Shown here: piece after piece, positions 29,589-36,692 of the stretch
How the letters are laid out: every line of letters starts with the position of its first letter
How positions within the stretch are numbered: position 1 is the stretch's first letter
UHGV virus genome: UHGV-1451962
Direction: 5' to 3' (one strand)
From: a virus
DNA length: 64,000 nucleotides
The notes under the pieces: generated by a model
Seen by the model: only the letters and a program-made list of their open reading frames with translations
What the model was told of the DNA's origin: nothing
Databases searched by the model: none
Position numbers and translations under genes: made by a program

Positions 29589-29693
29589 CGGGCGCGAGGT
29601 AATTGTTGTTGTTGTAGTTGGTATTGTTCGCATTACCATCAGAGTTGACATTGCACACATTGTTCGTGTTGTTCGAGTTGTAGTAGCGAGACC
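29589..29693 (-). repeat. DGR template repeat (TR)
   Basis: About 105 nt, 84/105 identical to the VR; 20 of 21 differences lie at plus-strand T (adenine on the transcribed minus strand); non-coding, between the Avd-like ORF and the RT. Confidence 0.85.
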
Positions 29694-29726
29694 CGCGATA
29701 TTTTAGAATTTAACCAAATAAAAAAA

Positions 29727-30191
29727 TTATTTGTATCGCTGAGAATAAATTAGATTATCTCTATTTATTCTATCAAGAAGATTTTGTTTTAATTTGTAAG
29801 TAAGTTTAGCAACATATTTGAAAGATTTATTTTTCTTTTTATTATTTAACCCATATTCATAAATACATAAATCTAATTGCCTTAAAATTGAATCACAATA
29901 TCTTATTGATTTATTAAAGTAATCTGCTCTTTCAACTAAAGTTTTTTTATTTTTTAGATTGATTAAACTAGCAGAGAAAGCATATCCATGTGCGTTTTTG
30001 GCACATTTTAAAATATCTGCACCAAAAGCTGAATAATAGTATGGATTACCAAGAATACCTGGTTTAATATGAGAACCATCATCTAATTCTTGATATGGAC
30101 GAACTAAAATTAATACTTGATGGACTAACTTTCTTGCATCATTTAAATAATCATTTTTAGATTGATGCCTATCTTTTTTTCTTACTGACAA
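29727..30191 (-). CDS. avd: Avd-like accessory variability determinant (putative)
   Basis: 154-aa basic (Lys/Arg-rich) ORF with TTG start after aaaggagg, placed between VR and TR as Avd is in known DGRs; assignment by position and composition only. Confidence 0.5.
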   Translation of the reverse strand: MSVRKKDRHQSKNDYLNDARKLVHQVLILVRPYQELDDGSHIKPGILGNPYYYSAFGADILKCAKNAHGYAFSASLINLKNKKTLVERADYFNKSIRYCDSILRQLDLCIYEYGLNNKKKNKSFKYVAKLTYKLKQNLLDRINRDNLIYSQRYK

Positions 30192-30225
30192 ATTAAAAAC
30201 CTCCTTTAAATAACGTACAAGAAAT

Positions 30226-30254
30226 ATTATACCAGAAAATTTTTAAAAAGTCAA
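30226..30254 (-). promoter_or_regulatory. sigma70-like promoter for the avd-TR-RT transcript
   Basis: On minus strand: TTGACT, 17-nt spacer, TATAAT (exact consensus -10), preceded by an A/T-rich UP-like tract; about 35 nt upstream of the avd TTG start. Confidence 0.5.
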
Positions 30255-30315
30255 AGAAAAAAAATTTTTAGAAAAAATTTTTTTCCCAGAAAAGGTGAAA
30301 GCATTTTTATACTAT

Positions 30316-30341
30316 GGCATTGGCCCTTTTGGGCCAATGCC
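30316..30341 (-). promoter_or_regulatory. GC-rich hairpin 3' of the VR (candidate DGR target-recognition hairpin)
   Basis: Perfect 11-bp inverted repeat ggcattggccc / gggccaatgcc with 4-nt loop, about 30 nt downstream of the target-gene stop; no U-run on the minus strand, so it is not a canonical terminator. Confidence 0.5.
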
Positions 30342-30369
30342 AATATAACCTTACTGTATAACTTTACAG

Positions 30370-32154
30370 TTATCCAATAACGAAAGCGGGCGCGAGGTAA
30401 CGGTAGTTGGCGTAGTAGGTAAAGTCCGCACCACCATCAGAGTCGACACGGCACACATAGCCCGTGTAGTCCGAGTAGTAGTTGCGAGACCGCTCCCAAT
30501 ACCATTTGGAATCTCCTGAACTGTTACCATTAGCATCTTGAATGTTTTTTATACGGGAGCTGTCACTTGTGTAATAATCATAAGCAGCATTATATCCTTT
30601 AGTACATTCTGCATTGGAAACAGTAGAATTAGCAGTGCTGATTGGAGAATAACTATCTAATCCCATTTCTCTCTCAGAAGGAATCCAAACAGTTTCGTTA
30701 TTATAACTAACATTAGCACTTCTATTATCATCCCAATTATCGCAAGTACCTTTAGATACTGTTTTTATAGATGCTTTAGCAGCACAAGCATTATAAAAAT
30801 TTTGACAATAACTTCTAGCATTAGAACCAATCCATTGTGCGCTATTATCACCAAAAGTAGTCATATTCGGCAAGAGATAAACACTATGAAAAGCTAAAGT
30901 TTTATCTCCATCTTTGTCATAGCCAATACAACGCATTGTAACAGCATTTGCTCCTAAAACATTAGTAGATAAATTCATCTTTTTAGTTTTACCAACTAAA
31001 GCTTGACGTTCTGAAGCAGAAGAATTGTTAAGCCAAGACTTTAAGCCAGCCCACCAAGAAGCATCTCCCGCAGCACTCTCATTTCCCCAAGTCCAATATG
31101 TAGCAGTAGCAGTAATTTTTTTATTCGCGGGAGTTGTATAATTGGTACTGGCTGCTATTGATACAGTAATAGTAGCAGTTCCCGCGGTTGTACCATTGCC
31201 TTTAATGGTAATTGTTTTACCGCTTACTGTTGCTGAAGCCACATTAGAATTAGTAGAAGTTACAGAAATTGTACCAGTAGAATTAGTGGTCACAGTAACT
31301 TTTACACCAGTAGAATAATTAGATGCGTCAATAGAAACAGTAGAAGTGCTTAGACTTAATGTTCCTGTTGCTTTTTGAATAGACCAATCAACATTTTTCG
31401 CGGTTGTTGTCTTATCAGGCCATCTGTAATTATTTTTAGGAGTAAAAGTAGCTGTATATTTTCCTGCATTAATTCCCGATGTAGTTCCTCCAATAGTCAT
31501 GTAACTTGTATTATAATTTGACCAATTTGGACTTTGCGAATTGGCGTTATAAGTTAAAGTTCCAGTTTGAGAAGGAATAGGAACTGTTTTTCTTTCTACT
31601 GTTACAGAAAAAGTAGTAGTTTTAGTAATACTATTTTCTGTATAAGAAACAGTAATTGTTTGAGTACCAACTGTATTTAAAACAGAAGGTGAAGTTGTCC
31701 AACCAGAAACAGTAGCGGTTTTACCATCAGAATAAGTGGCAGTAACAGACATTCCGGCAGATTCAAATGTCTCGCCATATTCATAAATTGTCTTAGTTGG
31801 TTTTGTGCTTGTGATGCTGGTTAGTGCATGGATAACAGTAACTGCTTGCTCGGCGGTACAAGTAACTCCTCCTTCAGAGTAAGTAATAGTAACTTTAGTT
31901 ACTCCATCAGTTAAAGGAGAAGGTGTTACAGTATATCCAGTTACCGCAGTAGAAGAAACAACAATATTATCAATGGCATAATTGGCAGTTATAACCATTC
32001 CTGTTGTTTCAAATTCTTGTCCAGCAACGTAAGATGTACGGTTTGGTGGAGTAGTAACTTCAATAGAGTGGAGTGCTATTGAGCTTCCGCCACCTTTTCC
32101 GCCTTGTTCAGTTAAAATGCATTTAACAGGCAAGGTATAAGACCTCCTTATCAA
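30370..32154 (-). CDS. DGR target protein: Ig-like repeat protein with C-terminal lectin-fold-like variable domain
   Basis: 594-aa ORF; tandem Thr/Ser-rich Ig-like segments (e.g. GVTKVTITYSEGGVTCTAEQAVTVIH), then a C-terminal domain containing WIPSEREMGL and the VR; likely true start is the TTG at 32133 (9 nt after aaggagg) rather than 32154. Confidence 0.8.
   Translation of the reverse strand: MIRRSYTLPVKCILTEQGGKGGGSSIALHSIEVTTPPNRTSYVAGQEFETTGMVITANYAIDNIVVSSTAVTGYTVTPSPLTDGVTKVTITYSEGGVTCTAEQAVTVIHALTSITSTKPTKTIYEYGETFESAGMSVTATYSDGKTATVSGWTTSPSVLNTVGTQTITVSYTENSITKTTTFSVTVERKTVPIPSQTGTLTYNANSQSPNWSNYNTSYMTIGGTTSGINAGKYTATFTPKNNYRWPDKTTTAKNVDWSIQKATGTLSLSTSTVSIDASNYSTGVKVTVTTNSTGTISVTSTNSNVASATVSGKTITIKGNGTTAGTATITVSIAASTNYTTPANKKITATATYWTWGNESAAGDASWWAGLKSWLNNSSASERQALVGKTKKMNLSTNVLGANAVTMRCIGYDKDGDKTLAFHSVYLLPNMTTFGDNSAQWIGSNARSYCQNFYNACAAKASIKTVSKGTCDNWDDNRSANVSYNNETVWIPSEREMGLDSYSPISTANSTVSNAECTKGYNAAYDYYTSDSSRIKNIQDANGNSSGDSKWYWERSRNYYSDYTGYVCRVDSDGGADFTYYANYRYLAPAFVIG
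30387..30491 (-). repeat. DGR variable repeat (VR) at the 3' end of the target gene
   Basis: Matches the TR with substitutions almost exclusively at TR adenine positions; encodes the C-terminal ~35 residues (…YYSDYTGYVCRVDSDGGADFTYYANYRYLA…); shared GC-rich 3' boundary cgggcgcgagg. Confidence 0.85.
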
Positions 32155-32250
32155 GAATTATTATTAGAGTTTTAAAACTCCATCATTATTTATAGAATAA
32201 AGTACACCTTTTAGATTAATTGGGAACGTACTTTCCATAAAAAATGTAAA

Positions 32251-32286
32251 ATTGGGAAAAGGATATAAAAATATCCTTTTCCCAAT
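32251..32286. repeat. perfect 16-bp-arm palindrome in the divergent intergenic region
   Basis: attgggaaaaggatat-aaaa-atatccttttcccaat; flanked at 32199-32210 and 32383-32394 by a 12-bp inverted repeat (aaagtacacctt / aaggtgtacttt). Confidence 0.6.
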
Positions 32287-32424
32287 ATAAAAATATATTC
32301 TAAAAGTTTGGATATCTTATCCTTTTCATCTATACTTAAAGATTATTTTAATTAATTTTCCTTAGATTGACCAATGTTTCATAAGGTGTACTTTTTAAAC
32401 TTATATTTTGAAAGGAGTTTTTAA

Positions 32425-34170
32425 ATGGCTGTTCAATGTGTACTTGTCGGAAAAGGCAAGGATGATGTATTTACTGCTGTTTATGGCGAAACTACATTTG
32501 ATAAAGTGTTAAAAGCTTATAATGAAAATAAAGTAGTTCAAGTGATTTATCAAAATCGTATTTATTATTTAGATAATACTACTGTTGTAGATTCTCCTGA
32601 AGCATTTTCTTTTATTTCTGCTTTTAGTAATCAAAATGATGAAGCTGGTGAAATAAAGCATTATGTAATAAGTTTAATGACAGGAGATAGTTGGTCTGGG
32701 CCTTTCTTACAGAAATCTACTCCAGCAACTCACGCGAATACTCATAGTAAAAATGGTGATGATCCACTTACCCCCGCAGATATTGGAGCTATGGAATTAT
32801 CAGAAAATGTTCTTAAACAATCAAATGAAGATATTACTTCTCAAGTAGCGCAAGCTTTATTTGGGGATTTAGTTCCTTTTAGCGGTGGAACCATGACTGG
32901 TTTGTTAAATGTTCTTACTCCTGTTAGAGATAGTAATGCTACTACTAAAAAGTATGTAGATGATGCTTTGAGTGAGAAAATTGGAATGGATGGCATTGGC
33001 GATTTGCATGTATGGAAGAAGACTATAATAACAAAACAGGAGATTCCAGCAAGTTTTACTTTAGGTGATGTACACTCTGGTTCGTTTCGTTTTGTTAGTG
33101 GTGAAACTAATGTGTTGTTAGTAGGTACTCCTAAAGTTAATGAGAGTGGTGTCGTTACCTTAACAAACTCTGCGCAGTATAATTTTAATTATAATTCTTC
33201 ATCTCCTAGTATATCTGATCTGCGAGGACAGTATTGCATGTTTACCATGATAGCCGATCAATTTTCTAGTTTTACTGCCAATAAAGTTTTTTATATACCC
33301 ACTGATGCAAACTATATTTCTTTATCAAGTTCTAAAAATATTACTAAATATCAAGATGTTAATGGTACACCTAAAATTCCTGCCGAAGTAACTACTACCT
33401 ATCCCGCATCTACTAATCCCAATGCGTATCAAGAGGGGAGCGATGCAAAACCAGCAGGATATGTACTTGGTAATGTGATAACAGGTTCATTTTGTATTGG
33501 TAATACAACAGCACCTACGAGAGCTGCTTATTATGTCGCATCTGATATTTCTGTATCTGATAATGGTGTTTTATCTATTTCAACACAAACAAATATAACT
33601 ATTGGTGGTAATTTTTTTGTATCTAGCCGTGATTTAATTGCTGGTAAATTTATACAAATTTATAATAAAGGGTCTATGTCTTCTGTTTTATCTGAACCAT
33701 TCACAACAGTACCAGGCCCAATTATTTATATTCCGAATGATGTAAACTTAACGTCTGGCGGTGATGGAAATTTAAATTTATATATTGATCGCTACCAACC
33801 TATTACTGGCTACGCTGCTATCCCCGCAGGCACCACTATTGAATATCTGGGGAAGTTGGGAGATAAGACTAGGGTAATAATTGGCTCGTATATTGGGACA
33901 GGGGTCTGCGGGGCAGAGAATCCGACCAAAATAAAAACGAGTTTTTTACCGAAACTTGTAGCAATAAATGGAGTAGGAAATACCGGCAGTACGGGCATTA
34001 TTCTGTTTTTTCGAGATATGAACTATGCGTTCTCAGAAATCGGCTCAAGTACCAACTTTAACTTTACTAATATAACCTGGTTATCAGACGGAGTACATTG
34101 GTATTCTAGCAAAGTCCTTATGCAGGGGAATAAGCAGGGGGCAATTTATAAATACATTGTTATCGGTTAA
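32425..34170 (+). CDS. tail fibre protein
   Basis: 581-aa ORF with RBS (aaaggag); contains the tail-fibre motif FSGGTMTGLLNV and an HANTHSKNGDDPLTPADIGA segment; last ~110 codons are visibly GC-richer. Confidence 0.6.
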   Translation: MAVQCVLVGKGKDDVFTAVYGETTFDKVLKAYNENKVVQVIYQNRIYYLDNTTVVDSPEAFSFISAFSNQNDEAGEIKHYVISLMTGDSWSGPFLQKSTPATHANTHSKNGDDPLTPADIGAMELSENVLKQSNEDITSQVAQALFGDLVPFSGGTMTGLLNVLTPVRDSNATTKKYVDDALSEKIGMDGIGDLHVWKKTIITKQEIPASFTLGDVHSGSFRFVSGETNVLLVGTPKVNESGVVTLTNSAQYNFNYNSSSPSISDLRGQYCMFTMIADQFSSFTANKVFYIPTDANYISLSSSKNITKYQDVNGTPKIPAEVTTTYPASTNPNAYQEGSDAKPAGYVLGNVITGSFCIGNTTAPTRAAYYVASDISVSDNGVLSISTQTNITIGGNFFVSSRDLIAGKFIQIYNKGSMSSVLSEPFTTVPGPIIYIPNDVNLTSGGDGNLNLYIDRYQPITGYAAIPAGTTIEYLGKLGDKTRVIIGSYIGTGVCGAENPTKIKTSFLPKLVAINGVGNTGSTGIILFFRDMNYAFSEIGSSTNFNFTNITWLSDGVHWYSSKVLMQGNKQGAIYKYIVIG

Positions 34171-34222
34171 AAAAAGAATTTTAATGTACTACATCAACAA
34201 CCAAAAGGAGGAAATAAATTAA

Positions 34223-34534
34223 ATGTTTTATATTAATTCAATAAAACAAAATAATAATTATGGTAATCCTATGGGTCAATATTTTAAAGACTCAATACAA
34301 TTACCAGATGAATTATTAAACAATTATCTTGAAACAAAAGGATTTTGTAATTTTGAAATTCAAGATAATATTATTACAAAAATAATTGTAAATCAAAATG
34401 ATTTAGATGATTATAATAATAACCATCTAGAGGTTAAACCAGAACCATCAGCAGAGCAAGATATAAATGCAATGTTAGTAGACCAAGAATATAGAATAAC
34501 ATTACTAGAATTAGGTATGAAAGGAGATTCCTAA
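34223..34534 (+). CDS. hypothetical protein (XkdW-like position downstream of tail fibre)
   Basis: 103-aa ORF with strong RBS (aaaaggagg); positional inference only. Confidence 0.35.
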   Translation: MFYINSIKQNNNYGNPMGQYFKDSIQLPDELLNNYLETKGFCNFEIQDNIITKIIVNQNDLDDYNNNHLEVKPEPSAEQDINAMLVDQEYRITLLELGMKGDS

Positions 34535-34668
34535 TGTTATATAGAGTTTTAAAAAGAATGATTGAAGCAGGTCAAACAGAAGGCCTGCAAGAAAAAATAG
34601 ATATTTTCTTTGCGGCTGGCCGCATTACCGCAGACCAATACACTGAACTCACTAAATTATTATCATAA
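34534..34668 (+). CDS. small XkdX-like protein (44 aa), absent from the ORF track
   Basis: ATG overlapping the previous stop (taATG); encodes MLYRVLKRMIEAGQTEGLQEKIDIFFAAGRITADQYTELTKLLS, resembling the small XkdX-family proteins found after tail-fibre genes. Confidence 0.3.
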   Translation: MLYRVLKRMIEAGQTEGLQEKIDIFFAAGRITADQYTELTKLLS

Positions 34669-34689
34669 TTCCCAAAATTTTTGGGAATT
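34667..34689. repeat. near-perfect palindrome immediately upstream of the serine recombinase gene
   Basis: aattcccaaaa-t-ttttgggaatt, overlapping the stop of the 44-aa ORF and 42 nt upstream of the recombinase GTG start. Confidence 0.5.
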
Positions 34690-34730
34690 TTAGATTAATC
34701 GTCTACTAATAATTTTCTTATATAGTAGAG

Positions 34731-35357
34731 GTGAAAAAGGTGTTATATGGTTATGCAAGAGTTTCTTCCCGCGACCAAAATATAGATAGACAAATAATTG
34801 CATTAAAAGAGGTCGGCGTAGAAGAAGAAAATATCTTCATAGATAAACAATCAGGTAAAGATTTTAATAGACCTTCTTATCAAGAATTATTAGAAACAAT
34901 TAAAACAGGAGATATGGTAATTATAAAATCCATAGATAGATTAGGTCGAAATTATTCAGAAATTTTAGAACAGTGGAGAATTATTACTAAAGTTCTGAAT
35001 GTAGATATTAAAGTTATTGATATGCCGTTACTCGATACCTCCTACGGGGATGGTACATTAAATAACTTTATAGCTGATTTAGTTTTACAAATTCTCTCTT
35101 TTCAGGCAGAACAAGAGAGAATTTGTATTAAACAGCGACAAGCAGAAGGAATAGCTGCTGCAAAACAAAAAGGAGTTAAATTTGGCCGACCCCGCAAACA
35201 GCTTCCTTCTAATTTTGAAGATTTATATTATAGATATTTAAATAATGAACCAGTGGATAGATTATCAAAAGATTGTAAAGGATTATCTAAATCTACTTTG
35301 CGGTTGCGACTACAAGAACGTCATTCTAAAGATAAAGCATTGGGTGTAATTATTTAA
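34731..35357 (+). CDS. small serine recombinase (resolvase/invertase family)
   Basis: 208 aa, GTG start after agaggtg; N-terminal catalytic motif YGYARVSSRDQ, then DRLGRN; C-terminal HTH region with GRPRK. Confidence 0.8.
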   Translation: MKKVLYGYARVSSRDQNIDRQIIALKEVGVEEENIFIDKQSGKDFNRPSYQELLETIKTGDMVIIKSIDRLGRNYSEILEQWRIITKVLNVDIKVIDMPLLDTSYGDGTLNNFIADLVLQILSFQAEQERICIKQRQAEGIAAAKQKGVKFGRPRKQLPSNFEDLYYRYLNNEPVDRLSKDCKGLSKSTLRLRLQERHSKDKALGVII

Positions 35358-35414
35358 TCTTTCTATTGTTTATTTTAATTATAATGAAACTAATATAGAA
35401 AGTAGGTCTATAAT

Positions 35415-35819
35415 ATGAATTATTATGAATTATGGACACAAATTTGGCAGATTTGTTTAGTCCCCTTATTTGCGGCTTTAACTGCTTTTGTTGTTAAATA
35501 TTTAAATGCTAAAAGTCAAGAAGTTTCTAAAAATATAAATAATGCAACTGCTGAAAAATATATAGAAATGATTAATAATACTGTTACAAAATGTGTTATT
35601 GCTACAAATCAAACTTATGTTAATAGTCTTAAAGAGCAAGGTAAGTTTGATGTAGAAGCTCAAAAGAAAGCTTTTAAACAAACTTATGAAGCAGTTATAA
35701 GTATTTTAAGTGAAGATGCAAAACAATATATTAAAGAAACAACCAATGATTTAAATACGTATTTAACACAGTTAATAGAAGCAGAGGTAAATAAACGTAG
35801 ATTAGAACCAGAAAAATAA
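35415..35819 (+). CDS. membrane-anchored protein (function unknown)
   Basis: 134-aa ORF with N-terminal hydrophobic segment (ICLVPLFAALTAFVV) and charged helical remainder. Confidence 0.4.
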   Translation: MNYYELWTQIWQICLVPLFAALTAFVVKYLNAKSQEVSKNINNATAEKYIEMINNTVTKCVIATNQTYVNSLKEQGKFDVEAQKKAFKQTYEAVISILSEDAKQYIKETTNDLNTYLTQLIEAEVNKRRLEPEK

Positions 35820-35824
35820 TTAAA

Positions 35825-35862
35825 GGCTCCCTTAGTTTTTCGCTAAGGGAGCCTTTTTTTTT
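35825..35862 (+). terminator. rho-independent terminator
   Basis: Stem ggctcccttag / ctaagggagcc with 7-nt loop followed by ttttttttt. Confidence 0.65.
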
Positions 35863-35972
35863 GTCAAAATTTTTTCCAAATTTTTTGACAAAATTGGGAA
35901 ATCGTATGGGAATAAAATTTATATATGTATGGAAGGTAAAGGAAATAAAAAAATTTTTAGAAAGGAAAAATT

Positions 35973-36410
35973 ATGTATCCATACAATAACAATAATTATT
36001 ACCCACAGCAAACAATGCGTCAGCCGCAAACATATATCAATCCAACTCCGCAGATAATGGCGCCTCCGGGGTTGAAAGGACGTATGGTTTCTTCATTAGA
36101 AGAAGCAAGGGCAACAAGTATTGATTTTGATGGCTCTGTTTTTTATTTTCCAGATTTAGCGAATAAGAAAATTTATACAAAGCAAATTAATATGGATGGT
36201 ACTGCTACATTAAATATGTATGAGTTAAAAGAAGGCCCAACTTCTAATAATTCTACTTATGTAACAAGAGAAGAATTTAATAATGCTTTGAATAAAATTC
36301 AAATGAACTTTAATTTGTTAAATAATCAGCAAGAACCACCTGTGGCGCAAGTTCCTCCTCCTGAACCTGCTCCAGAAGAAACGCAAAATGCGCCTACATA
36401 TAAATTTTAA
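35973..36410 (+). CDS. hypothetical Pro/Gln-rich protein
   Basis: 145-aa ORF with proline-rich N- and C-termini. Confidence 0.4.
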   Translation: MYPYNNNNYYPQQTMRQPQTYINPTPQIMAPPGLKGRMVSSLEEARATSIDFDGSVFYFPDLANKKIYTKQINMDGTATLNMYELKEGPTSNNSTYVTREEFNNALNKIQMNFNLLNNQQEPPVAQVPPPEPAPEETQNAPTYKF

Positions 36411-36421
36411 GGAGGAAAATA

Positions 36422-36664
36422 ATGCAAGCAAATCCAATGCAAATTTTATCAATGATTAAAGGAGGTAAAAATCCTCAACAATTAGTGATGAATATTTTAG
36501 AGCAGCAAGCACAAAATAATCCTATGGGTGCTAACTTATTACAGCTAGTTAAAGATAATAAGACTGCGGATATTGAACAAATTGTTAGAAATTATGCCAA
36601 AGGTCAAGGCATAGATTTCGACAAAGAATTTAATGCTTTTAAACAAATGTTAGGCATTAAATAA
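36422..36664 (+). CDS. hypothetical small protein
   Basis: 80-aa ORF with strong RBS (aaggagg). Confidence 0.4.
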   Translation: MQANPMQILSMIKGGKNPQQLVMNILEQQAQNNPMGANLLQLVKDNKTADIEQIVRNYAKGQGIDFDKEFNAFKQMLGIK

Positions 36665-36692
36665 TTTTATAAAACAAAAGGAGAATAAAAAA

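Noticed and set aside
30351-30536. 61-aa minus-strand ORF overlapping the VR region
   Set aside because: It lies in an alternative frame entirely inside the 3' end of the target gene and its Thr/Arg-rich composition reflects the GC-rich VR sequence; judged spurious.
33810-33998. 62-aa minus-strand ORF inside the tail-fibre gene, considered as a possible inverted alternative fibre tip
   Set aside because: Too short, no RBS, no tail-fibre motifs; does not support a Mu G-segment-like inversion cassette.
32425-34170. Possible second DGR variable repeat at the 3' end of the 581-aa tail-fibre gene
   Set aside because: The GC-rich C-terminal region was compared by eye with the TR in both orientations; there is no match to the TR or to the cgggcgcgagg boundary, so it is treated as a composition shift only.
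32251-34689. The two palindromes (32251-32286 and 34667-34689) as a matched pair of recombinase crossover sites flanking an invertible fibre segment
   Set aside because: The half-sites differ (attggg… versus aattccc…) and no inverted alternative coding cassette lies between them; kept only as separate low-confidence observations.
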